From positions 1 through 55,252 of the forward strand of contig CAZVFH010000003.1 of assembly GCA_964626415.1 (NCBI GenBank): DNA of 55,252 bases, in the 5' to 3' direction. A program made the position numbers and the translations under genes. The DNA is from an uncultured Candidatus Saccharibacteria bacterium. Lineage in GTDB: Bacteria; Patescibacteriota; UBA1384; XYA2-FULL-43-10; CAINNR01. The notes beneath the pieces are model-generated. The model did no database searches. It was not told where the DNA came from and saw only the letters and a list, made by a program, of their open reading frames with translations. Shown here one piece after another: positions 43,558 through 51,787 of the stretch (within the stretch, counting starts at the first letter, position 1; each line of letters opens with the position of its first letter).

Positions 43558-45072
43558 CTATTTTGGCCTTCCTTCGCGAGGATATTTAAGAAGTTCGGGA
43601 AAAGCTTCGGCCAAGACAAAGAAATCGTCCTGATAAACAATCGGCGCTCCGGGCGGAATTACAACTTCAGGGAAAGATGGGCCGCCAGGGCCAAATGGTC
43701 CGAAACCCTTTTGCCCGGAATTTTGCCTTAAATAATAAATATGATCGTACTCTTTGAAAGTGTCTTCGGTTATCGCTGGTTTTTGAGTGACATCGGTCTC
43801 TAAAACCCAAGCTGACCACCATTCCAGCCCGTGCCGGGTGACAATTAGCGTCCTCTCCGGATCGTCAATTAGAGTTTTTATCTTTACAAGACGATCGTAG
43901 GCCTCAACGCTAATTGACGGGGTACTTCTGACTTTTATCATCATCGGCGCTGGACCGACCATTACTAGCAGCGCCAAAACGGCTAACAGAGTTCTCAGCC
44001 ACTTTCGATAAATATATTTTAAAAGAAAAATAAAAACAACGCTGGCGGGAATATAGGCCATTAAATAAAAACGGTTTGCCCACTCCGATCCCAGGAAGGG
44101 GGAGGTCAAGAAAAATGTGACGGCCAGAGAAGTCGAGAACAATATCTTTTCCTCGAGGGGGATCTCTCTTCTTTTGGTCCAGAGAAGAGCTAGGCCGATA
44201 ATTGCTATTGGGTTGTCTATGAAGGCATTGAAAAAATCCGGAGAAAAAATTGGAATTTTGCCCTTGAGCATTCCGGCGATTATCGGCTCCTTGAACAATT
44301 CAAGCGGTAAGAGTAGGACGCCGACCAGCCGCTCAAATCTGGCATGATCAAAGAAAAATAAAGAGAGAAAAATAGAAGCGATAGCGAGAAACATCAGAGC
44401 CGCCATTTTTAATAAATCAATTCTTTTTTCCCGCTTAAAAATAAAGGAAAAGAAAAGGAAACAAAGCGAAAAAGCCAGAGCAAACCCTAGGCAGCCCAGA
44501 TGAGTCAAGCCGGTCAGCAGAAAAAAGACGCCAACCAAAATATAATTGAGTGCTCGCCCCTCTTTTGCCGCTTTGTAAAGAAAGTAAATCAAAAAAGCCG
44601 ATAGCATCAAGCCAATTGAATTTTTCTGAAAATCGGCCATCATAATAAAGGCCGGAATTGAAAGAGTTGTCAGGGCCGAAATCAGAAGCGGAATCCATTT
44701 TTGACCTTCCCTGCCGATTATCGCTCTCGTCAGAAGGAAAAAGGGGATGGCAATTAAAGGATAAAGAGTGGCGTCGATAATTTTTGAGGAAAACATAATA
44801 CAGGATTTTAAATTACAGAGTCCAAGTAAGGCAAGAATTTTCGCCAAAAAGGCCTCGAGATAAAAAACCAGCGGCAAGTCGGAAAAAGCGAGGCGACCGT
44901 TTTCAAGTAGTGAACGGACTTGGACGGGATAATAAACCCCGTTGACGCCCGGCATCAGCGGGGTTTTGAAATCAATATAGAGTCGAAGCGCTACAGCGAG
45001 GAGAATTATCAATCCGAGAACTGTGTACGCCCAGCTTGTTTTCTCGCTTTGATTGTCTATTTGATAGTCCAT
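43558..45072 (-). CDS. polytopic (~11 TM) membrane protein, GT-C-like glycosyltransferase candidate
   Basis: Many TM helices with a first extracytoplasmic loop rich in acidic and aromatic residues, plus a ~110-aa C-terminal soluble domain. The architecture is like PMT/ArnT-type enzymes. No motif-level proof. Confidence 0.45.
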   Translation of the reverse strand: MDYQIDNQSEKTSWAYTVLGLIILLAVALRLYIDFKTPLMPGVNGVYYPVQVRSLLENGRLAFSDLPLVFYLEAFLAKILALLGLCNLKSCIMFSSKIIDATLYPLIAIPFFLLTRAIIGREGQKWIPLLISALTTLSIPAFIMMADFQKNSIGLMLSAFLIYFLYKAAKEGRALNYILVGVFFLLTGLTHLGCLGFALAFSLCFLFFSFIFKREKRIDLLKMAALMFLAIASIFLSLFFFDHARFERLVGVLLLPLELFKEPIIAGMLKGKIPIFSPDFFNAFIDNPIAIIGLALLWTKRREIPLEEKILFSTSLAVTFFLTSPFLGSEWANRFYLMAYIPASVVFIFLLKYIYRKWLRTLLAVLALLVMVGPAPMMIKVRSTPSISVEAYDRLVKIKTLIDDPERTLIVTRHGLEWWSAWVLETDVTQKPAITEDTFKEYDHIYYLRQNSGQKGFGPFGPGGPSFPEVVIPPGAPIVYQDDFFVLAEAFPELLKYPREGRPK

Positions 45073-45149
45073 TTTATATTTTTATTTTAAATTGTTTCAT
45101 CGCCACATATTTCGCAAAATTTCAAGCATGATTTGTTCCTTGTTAAAGT

Positions 45150-45620
45150 TTAATATTTTCGAAATTCTCGACGCTTTTTGGCTAAATTTTCACTGAAACC
45201 GCCTTTTTCAATAAAGATTTTTTCCAGCGATCGACGTTGCTGGTCGAGCAAATAATTTGTTCTGGTGGTTAGGTCAATCATATAGTTTAGAAAAGAAGGC
45301 AAAGACGGTGAAGAAGGCAAAGAGGAGAAAGGAGAGCGAACAATTTTAATGTTCCAGTCACCTGCTAAATCTTTGTAATCCTCAAGCAACTCCTCGCCGG
45401 AGGCGCGGCTAAAACTAATAAATTCAATGTAATCTTTTAGTCCGATTCTGGCCGCGCCTTCGGCAAGATTTTGTTTCATTGAACGAGCCGACGAATTCAT
45501 ATGGTCTTTGAGTCGGCTGTCTTTTATTGGGTGCAAATACTTGGCAGTAAATTCTTTGGTTAGTTGATAAATCTCTTTTGACTGAATGTAGGTAATTGTT
45601 TTTTTGTAATCTGTTTTCAT
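45150..45620 (-). CDS. four-helix-bundle protein (23S rRNA IVS / Avd-like family), second copy
   Basis: Family-typical SMKQNLAEGAAR...YIEFISFSRASGEELLEDY. Carries an in-frame Ser/Pro-rich low-complexity insert (SPFSSLPSSPSLPS). Confidence 0.7.
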   Translation of the reverse strand: MKTDYKKTITYIQSKEIYQLTKEFTAKYLHPIKDSRLKDHMNSSARSMKQNLAEGAARIGLKDYIEFISFSRASGEELLEDYKDLAGDWNIKIVRSPFSSLPSSPSLPSFLNYMIDLTTRTNYLLDQQRRSLEKIFIEKGGFSENLAKKRREFRKY

Positions 45621-45694
45621 TTACTCCCCTTGTTCCTTTTTATTCCTCTTTACCCTCTTTTTCATCTTAACCTTTTTAATCATCTTTTTCTATC

Positions 45695-45785
45695 TGGCGG
45701 AGAGGAAGGGATTCGAACCCTTGAGAACCTTGCGGCTCTACACGCTTTCCAAGCGTGCGCACTAGACCAACTATGCGACCTCTCC
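45695..45785 (-). tRNA. tRNA-Ser (anticodon GGA), CCA encoded
   Basis: The reverse complement folds as: acceptor GGAGAGG/CCTCTCC, anticodon stem CACGC/GCGTG with loop TTGGAAA, a long variable arm AGAGCC-gcaa-GGTTCT, T arm AAGGG-TTCGAAT-CCCTT, and discriminator G followed by CCA. Confidence 0.9.
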
Positions 45786-45872
45786 GAATTTTTTACTCGA
45801 AACTTCCTTTATCCTAGCAAATTTGATAGAATATTTCTAGATGATTAATTTTTTAAGTGTTGTGGAGGTTTT

Positions 45873-46430
45873 ATGGAGACGGAAAAAAATTTACTTCGGG
45901 CAATTGCTGGCGAAAGTATGGCGCGAAATAAATACACCTACTTTGCTTCGGCAGCAAAAAAAGACGGTTTTGAGCAGATTGCGGCGATTTTTGAAGAGAC
46001 CGCCGACAATGAAAAAGAGCATGCAAAGCGCCTGATGAAATTGCTAAAAGGTGGCGAAAAGTCAACACTTACTGATTACGATTTTCCAAAAGTCGAGTCA
46101 ACTGTCGTAAATTTAGAACATGCTGCTACCGGCGAAAATTGGGAACATACAAAAATGTATCCGGGATTTGAAAAAATTGCCCGCGAAGAGGGCGAGGATG
46201 CAATCGCCGCGGTTTTTAAAGAAATTGCTGAAGTTGAAAAACAGCACGAAAAAAGATATTTAAAACTAAAAGCTAACATCGAGAATAGCGAAGTATTTAA
46301 AAAAGGGGAAGTAGTTTCATGGAAGTGTCGAAATTGCGGCTATATTCATAAAGGAGCGGAAGCGCCGGAAAAATGTCCGGCCTGCGACCATCCACAAGCA
46401 TTTTATGAACTTTTAGCGGAAAATTATTAA
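45873..46430 (+). CDS. rbr: rubrerythrin
   Basis: Ferritin-like diiron region (LRAIAGESMARNKY..., EKEHAKR, EHTKMYP) plus a C-terminal rubredoxin-like CRNCG...CPAC. Confidence 0.9.
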   Translation: METEKNLLRAIAGESMARNKYTYFASAAKKDGFEQIAAIFEETADNEKEHAKRLMKLLKGGEKSTLTDYDFPKVESTVVNLEHAATGENWEHTKMYPGFEKIAREEGEDAIAAVFKEIAEVEKQHEKRYLKLKANIENSEVFKKGEVVSWKCRNCGYIHKGAEAPEKCPACDHPQAFYELLAENY

Positions 46431-46439
46431 TATCCAAAT

Positions 46440-46847
46440 ATGTTGTCAGAATTTGAAAATCCAATTGGGGTTGAAATTTCTCCGGAAGATGAGAAGTTTA
46501 TTAGAGAACTTGCCGGAAGAATGTCGGCGGATATTGATTTGGAGTTGGAAAAATCCAAAAAAATTCATGCGGCCGATATACAAGCGTCTTTTAATTCTGG
46601 CAATGTCGTCGGTGGCGACATCCAGCTTCACAATGATAATGTTATTGTAAGACAGGAGGATTTAAGGAATACTTTTAAGCAAATCGCCGAAAATGAAATC
46701 CCTCTGGATCAAGGTGATCTGGCGATGATGGAAACTTATTTAGAGGTGCTCGCCAAGCGCAAGCCGGAATATGGAAGCGAATCGCAAAGAGTCACTCAAC
46801 TGCTAAAAAGTATTAAAACTTCCACTTCAATCGACGAGAGTCAATAA
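46440..46847 (+). CDS. hypothetical protein (135 aa)
   Basis: Clean ORF 9 nt after rbr, followed by a terminator. No recognisable motif. Confidence 0.5.
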   Translation: MLSEFENPIGVEISPEDEKFIRELAGRMSADIDLELEKSKKIHAADIQASFNSGNVVGGDIQLHNDNVIVRQEDLRNTFKQIAENEIPLDQGDLAMMETYLEVLAKRKPEYGSESQRVTQLLKSIKTSTSIDESQ

Positions 46848-46866
46848 AATATTCAATAAAAAAACC

Positions 46867-46886
46867 GCCCCGATGGGGCGTTTTTG
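46867..46886 (+). terminator. Rho-independent terminator
   Basis: CGCCCC-gat-GGGGCG stem followed by TTTTT. Confidence 0.75.
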
Positions 46887-46956
46887 GGTTTCACCTATTG
46901 AATATTTTTTGTTTTTTGCTATGATTATTTTACTAATACCGCAAGGGGGAGTGCAA

Positions 46957-47403
46957 ATGTCAAGAAACAGATGTCATAAATTTAAGCCGGCAGAAATTGT
47001 TGCTTATATGGCAGCAATCGAGGTGTTGCGAGCATTAGGAGAACCTTGGAATTTCAATGTGGTTGTTGATAATGGATTTTCCGGTGATCGCTGGAGTCGG
47101 CATTTTTACTTTGGCTGCGGTGGAGATTGTTGGCTTCCTGATTGCGGCGGAGAAATGCATGTGTGCACTCGTTGTATTCAAAGAGTTTGGATTGCAACTG
47201 CTGCTGACTATTCTTCGGAGAAAACCGGTTTTTGCTGTTTCCGCTTTCGTTGGCGGGCAGGAGAAATTATTGAAACGATCAAAGTTGAAGTTCAAGGGGA
47301 AATTTGGGAACAGGAGCGGCAAGAATGGGAACGAGACACTTATGTTTATAATTTTGATACCAGTGAATTACAAATTGAAAAAAATTCCGATCCCCCTAAA
47401 TAG
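46957..47403 (+). CDS. Cys-rich hypothetical protein (148 aa)
   Basis: AAGGGGGAG SD before the ATG at 46957. The ORF-track N-terminus overlaps the terminator. Cys pattern is CGGDC..PDCGG..HVCTRC. A CCCCC...GGGGG hairpin spans the stop codon. Confidence 0.55.
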   Translation: MSRNRCHKFKPAEIVAYMAAIEVLRALGEPWNFNVVVDNGFSGDRWSRHFYFGCGGDCWLPDCGGEMHVCTRCIQRVWIATAADYSSEKTGFCCFRFRWRAGEIIETIKVEVQGEIWEQERQEWERDTYVYNFDTSELQIEKNSDPPK

Positions 47404-47480
47404 ATTTTTGGGGGTTATTTTTGACCAGAAGGCAATTTTAAGGTAGGGTGGAGGTAGAATAATTTAATCAATTAAGTTCT

Positions 47481-47603
47481 GTCATCCCCGATTTAGTCGG
47501 GGATCCACAAAAAGCAAATTTCAACTATTAGTGGATTCCCGCGACTCGACTGAGCTCGCCGATGTCCGGAGTTTACCCCGATAAGTATCGGGGTGGGAAT
47601 GAC
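47481..47603. repeat. REP-like inverted pair element, copy R3, with a nested GC-rich insertion
   Basis: The left unit and spacer are as in R1. The right unit is interrupted after GTGGATTCCCGCG by about 50 nt (ACTCGACTGAGCTCGCCGATGTCCGGAGTTTACCCCGATAAGTATCGGGGT) before GGGAATGAC. Confidence 0.75.
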
Positions 47604-47652
47604 ATTTCGCAAACAATTATTGCCAACTATTTTTTTGTGCTATATTTGAGTT

Positions 47653-49443
47653 ATGAATGAAGTTGAGGAAGTGAAAAATAAAATTGATATCGTCGAACTG
47701 ATCGGCGGATATTTGTCGTTAAAAAAAGCCGGTGTTAATTACAAAGCGCTTTGTCCCTTTCACACGGAAAAAACGCCGTCGTTTATGGTTTCGCCTGAAA
47801 GGCAAAGTTTTCGCTGTTTTGGTTGCAATAAGGGTGGCGATATTTATACTTTTATTGAAGAAATCGAGGGAATGGAATTTTTTGATGCTTTGAAATTGCT
47901 TGCCGGAAAAGCCGGAGTTGAACTGAAAAAAAGACAAAATTTTTCCTACGGCGAAAAAGAAATTAAGCCGACAGAGAAAACCCGACTTTTTGAAATAAAT
48001 GATCTGGCGGCAAAATTGTATCATAAAATTTTACTTGATCATCCGAAAGCCGAAGGCGCGAGAAATTATTTAAAAAAACGGGGAGTCAAAAAAGAAACAA
48101 TAATAAACTGGAATCTCGGCTATGCGCCGAAAATGTGGGATTTACTTTCTAAATTTCTTGGCAAAAAGGGTTATTCGGAAAAAGAAATTTTCAAAGCCGG
48201 GCTTTTGGTTTTGGGTGAGTCGGGCAAATACTGGGATCGTTTTCGCGGCCGGATTATGTTTCCAATTTGCAATATTTCCGGTCAAGTTATTGCTTTTACT
48301 GGTAGGGTTTTGGACGATTCCGACCTGCCTGCCGGCAGGCAGGTCCAAAAAGCGGCGAAGTATGTCAATTCATCAGAATCGCCGATTTACACCAAAGGAA
48401 AAACGATTTATGGCCTCGATCGGGCGCGTTTGGATATTCGAGCGCAAAATCGTTCGGTTTTAGTCGAGGGTAATATAGATGTCATTGCTTGCCACACGGC
48501 CGGTTTTAAAAATGTTGTCGCTGTTTCTGGCACGGCTTTAACTTCGGAGCAATTAAAAATTCTCGCCCGCTATTCACCGGAGGTGATTTTGATTTTTGAT
48601 TCTGATAATGCCGGCATCGTGGCGATGAAACGAGCAATATCTTTGGCTTTGCAAAACGATTTATCTCCAAAGGTGACGACATTTCTTGGCTTTAAAGATC
48701 CAGATGAAGCAATAAAAGCCGATCCGAAAAATTTCGAGCGAGCGATCAAAGATGCAAAGCCAGCGCTAACTTACTGGATCGATTCTTTGATCTTGGAAAA
48801 TGATATTCTTGCGCCAGATGGGCGAAAAAAAATTTCAAGGGAGATTCTGCCGGTTTTAAAGATTATTTCCGATGAAATCGAAAAGGACTATTATATAAAA
48901 TATCTGGCAAAAAAATTGTCGGTTTCCGAGTCGGTTGTTAAAGAACAGATTAAAAAAACGAAGTCGCAAATTGGCGATCAAAATTATGCGTCAAATTCGG
49001 AAGTGAAGAAAAGTCAGAATCAAATAGAAAATTCAAGCGAAAGAATCTTTCAAAAAATTGCCGGGATTGTTTGGCAGTCGCCAGAGCTTGTGAGTATTTT
49101 GCCAAAAGAGATATTTTCTGAAAATTTTTCCGATAAAATGTTAAGTGATTTTTTTGCTTACATTAAAGAAAAAAAAGAAAAGAACTTACTTTCATCTGAA
49201 CTTCGGGCAAAGCTGGACAGTTGGTCGCTCCTGGCAACTGCTGATCTTGAACAAAGTGAAGAACAGATTTTAAAAAAAGAACTTCAGTCACTTGTAAAAA
49301 CATATTTGGAGGGGAAGAAAGAAGCAATAAAATCAGAATATGCCCAAAAAATTGCTGAAGCTGAATCAAGCGGTGATCGGGAAAAATTAAAATCATTGTT
49401 AAAAGAGTTTCAGAATGCTATCATTAATAATGAATTGAAGTAA
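47653..49443 (+). CDS. dnaG: DNA primase
   Basis: Zinc-binding motif CPFHTEKTPSFMV...CFGCNKGGD. TOPRIM motifs (EGNIDVIA, DSDNAG). Contains an in-frame 24-nt perfect palindrome. The last codons and the stop lie inside repeat copy C. Confidence 0.92.
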   Translation: MNEVEEVKNKIDIVELIGGYLSLKKAGVNYKALCPFHTEKTPSFMVSPERQSFRCFGCNKGGDIYTFIEEIEGMEFFDALKLLAGKAGVELKKRQNFSYGEKEIKPTEKTRLFEINDLAAKLYHKILLDHPKAEGARNYLKKRGVKKETIINWNLGYAPKMWDLLSKFLGKKGYSEKEIFKAGLLVLGESGKYWDRFRGRIMFPICNISGQVIAFTGRVLDDSDLPAGRQVQKAAKYVNSSESPIYTKGKTIYGLDRARLDIRAQNRSVLVEGNIDVIACHTAGFKNVVAVSGTALTSEQLKILARYSPEVILIFDSDNAGIVAMKRAISLALQNDLSPKVTTFLGFKDPDEAIKADPKNFERAIKDAKPALTYWIDSLILENDILAPDGRKKISREILPVLKIISDEIEKDYYIKYLAKKLSVSESVVKEQIKKTKSQIGDQNYASNSEVKKSQNQIENSSERIFQKIAGIVWQSPELVSILPKEIFSENFSDKMLSDFFAYIKEKKEKNLLSSELRAKLDSWSLLATADLEQSEEQILKKELQSLVKTYLEGKKEAIKSEYAQKIAEAESSGDREKLKSLLKEFQNAIINNELK

Positions 49444-49558
49444 AAACTATCACAGATCTATTTTCACTGATAAACACAGATGATTCTATCAGTGATGATC
49501 TGTGACGACAGATCAGTGAGAGTTTATAATTCCTTTTTTATTTTTTATTTCGTAGGAG
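49435..49558 (+). repeat. CACWGAT-heptamer promoter/leader module, copy C (upstream of rpoD)
   Basis: Runs from TTGAAGTAAAAACTATCACAGATC to GATCAGTGAGAGTTTATAATTC, followed by TTTCGTAGGAG immediately before the rpoD ATG. Confidence 0.85.
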
Positions 49559-50665
49559 ATGGCCAAAAAGGTTCAAAAATTAATTATCGAAGATCCACTT
49601 CCATTTTCAATGGAGATTAACGCTCTAATCGTAAAAGGCAAAGCCCACGGATATGTTTCAATCCGTGAACTTTTGCAAATTTTCCCGACTGCTGAAGATG
49701 ATACAGCAACGCTTGACGAGGTTTTTGATTATTTAATTTCACACGGTATTGATGTTGCCGAAAACGAAGAGCAAACATCAATTCTTGGCGGAATTATCTC
49801 GGAAAATCGCGGAGATTTGCTTCTTGGTGTCGAATCGGTTTCCGACGATTCGGTTCGAATGTATCTCCAAGAAATCGGTCGCATTCCGCTGCTTTCGACA
49901 GAGGAAGAAATTCGTTTGGCAAAGAGAATTGAAAAGGGTGATCAGCTTGCCAAACGTCGTTTGGCGGAGGCAAATCTTCGCCTTGTTGTTTCGATTGCCA
50001 AAAAATACATTGGTCGAGGACTCTCATTACTTGACGCAATTCAGGAGGGAAATACTGGACTAATGCGTGCAGTCGAGAAATTTGATTACAAAAAGGGCTA
50101 TAAATTTTCAACTTACGCCACTTGGTGGATTCGCCAAGCGATAACTCGAGCGATTGCCGATCAGGCAAGAACTATCCGAATTCCGGTTCATATGATTGAA
50201 ACAATAAATAAATTAATTCGAACTCAGCGCCAACTCGTCCAAGATCTTGGCAGGGAACCGAATCCGGAAGAAATTGCTCGCGAAATGGGAATCGAGCTGG
50301 ATAAAGTTGAACATATAATGAAAATTTCACAAGAGACAATTTCTCTGGAGTCGCCAGTTGGCGAAGAGTCCGACTCAAAACTTGGTGATTTTATCGAAGA
50401 TGACAAGAATCTTTCTCCTGAAGAATCAGCAATCTATCAACTTTTGAAAGGTGATGTTGGGAAATTTCTTGAATTTCTCGCTCCGCGCGAACAAAAAGTT
50501 TTGAAAATGCGCTTCGGTCTTGAGACCGGAAGAACTCATACTCTTGAAGAAGTCGGCAAAGAGTTCGGAGTTACGCGCGAGCGAATTCGGCAAATTGAAG
50601 CCAAGGCGTTGCAAAAACTAAAAAAATCCGAACAGTCGGAGAATTTGCACAATTATTTAAAATAA
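49559..50665 (+). CDS. rpoD: RNA polymerase sigma factor RpoD (sigma-70)
   Basis: Region 2 ([14 protein letters not shown]), region 3 and region 4.2 ([20 protein letters not shown]). Confidence 0.95.
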   Translation: MAKKVQKLIIEDPLPFSMEINALIVKGKAHGYVSIRELLQIFPTAEDDTATLDEVFDYLISHGIDVAENEEQTSILGGIISENRGDLLLGVESVSDDSVRMYLQEIGRIPLLSTEEEIRLAKRIEKGDQLAKRRLAEANLRLVVSIAKKYIGRGLSLLDAIQEGNTGLMRAVEKFDYKKGYKFSTYATWWIRQAITRAIADQARTIRIPVHMIETINKLIRTQRQLVQDLGREPNPEEIAREMGIELDKVEHIMKISQETISLESPVGEESDSKLGDFIEDDKNLSPEESAIYQLLKGDVGKFLEFLAPREQKVLKMRFGLETGRTHTLEEVGKEFGVTRERIRQIEAKALQKLKKSEQSENLHNYLK

Positions 50666-50666
50666 A

Positions 50667-50812
50667 TTGAAGTAAAAACTACCACAGATTTATTATCACT
50701 GATTGACACAGATAGAATCATCAGTGAAAATCTGCCCGCCCGCCGTAGTCCGCATACTGCGGGCGAAGGAGGGTGACGATAGATCAGTGAGAGTTTTTAA
50801 TTCGTAATCCGC
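50667..50812 (+). repeat. CACWGAT-heptamer promoter/leader module, copy D, with a nested GC-rich hairpin
   Basis: Same ends as copies A-C, but with the -10 degraded to TTTTAA. The insert CGCCCGCcgtagtccgcatactGCGGGCG lies at about 50733-50775. The shared leader TTCGTAATCCGCAGGGG follows. Confidence 0.8.
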
Positions 50813-50821
50813 AGGGGTAAG

Positions 50822-51307
50822 GTGAAAAAGGTTTTAACCAGTTTTATCATCGTTGTCATTCTCTTTTTTGTATTTCTTGGATTTTTGTTGATTCCAATTC
50901 GGTCGTATAACTTCTCTGGCTCAAAAGGGGAGAAAATTTTCAAAATAAAAATTCCACTTCTTTATTTTACTTCCACAAGCCAAAGTAAAAATCTACTACA
51001 GATTGGAGTTGAGAAGGCCGATGGCAACAATGTTCTAAATTTTGTCTATGACTCTGGGGAAAATGTTTCTGATTGTAATTCGCTTTTTAAGTTGCGTTTT
51101 GGCGATATCTCCGGAAGTGAAACAGGTTTTTCGGAAAAAAAAGTCGGCGCGCAGTCGCTTTGCGTCTTTAATTTAGAAAAAGATTTATACAAAAAAAGCA
51201 CTTTTGGTTACTTAATTTTGCCACAAGGCAAAGGAGTCGTCTCGGTTCTTTATCCCAACAACAAAAAATCCCTAGCGGAGATAATGTTAAAAACGATTGA
51301 GTTCTAA
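50822..51307 (+). CDS. N-terminally anchored hypothetical protein (161 aa)
   Basis: GTG start after an AGGGGTAAGG SD. One N-terminal TM segment. Confidence 0.55.
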   Translation: MKKVLTSFIIVVILFFVFLGFLLIPIRSYNFSGSKGEKIFKIKIPLLYFTSTSQSKNLLQIGVEKADGNNVLNFVYDSGENVSDCNSLFKLRFGDISGSETGFSEKKVGAQSLCVFNLEKDLYKKSTFGYLILPQGKGVVSVLYPNNKKSLAEIMLKTIEF

Positions 51308-51348
51308 TTTAATTTTTGATAAAAAAAGAATTAGCCCGAGCTAACTCT

Positions 51349-51699
51349 TCAATTCTCTCCCTCTAAAATCTTAAAGCGGATGCTAGAAATAATCTCTTGA
51401 TCGATGCCCGCAATTGTCCACGAAAGATTGCAGGAAACGACTTTATTGATTTTTTGTTCTCTCGCTTTTTTTACCACTATTTCTAATACTGTGGGTTGTA
51501 ATTCTGCATTGTACGGTTTGGAAACTTTTGTCGATCCGTCGGACATTGTATCGGTAAAAATAACAGAGGAATCCTTGCGGTTTGCACAAGCAGCCAAATC
51601 TTCAGGTTTATCTGCCCATAAATGTCTTGTCCCTGACAAAGCAACATGACGGCAAGAAATAACTCGCTTAACGACAAAAACTCTTTCTTCCCTTGCCAT
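51349..51699 (-). CDS. hypothetical protein (116 aa)
   Basis: AAGGAGG SD 7 nt before the ATG. No recognisable motif. Confidence 0.55.
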   Translation of the reverse strand: MAREERVFVVKRVISCRHVALSGTRHLWADKPEDLAACANRKDSSVIFTDTMSDGSTKVSKPYNAELQPTVLEIVVKKAREQKINKVVSCNLSWTIAGIDQEIISSIRFKILEGEN

Positions 51700-51787
51700 T
51701 TTCCGTTGCCTCCTTGGGGTTGTCTATTTAGAATATATCAATCAGCGAAAAAAATGTCAACAAATCGTGATTTTTGAGAATCTTAAA

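Noticed and set aside
45630-45848. 72-aa plus-strand ORF
   Set aside because: It overlaps the tRNA-Ser gene on the opposite strand and a pyrimidine-rich spacer. It is not coding.
45073-45872. Integrated mobile element or prophage junction at tRNA-Ser
   Set aside because: There is no integrase, excisionase or phage gene. I could not identify a direct repeat of the tRNA 3' end within the window. I kept only the weaker statement that the tRNA coincides with the island border.
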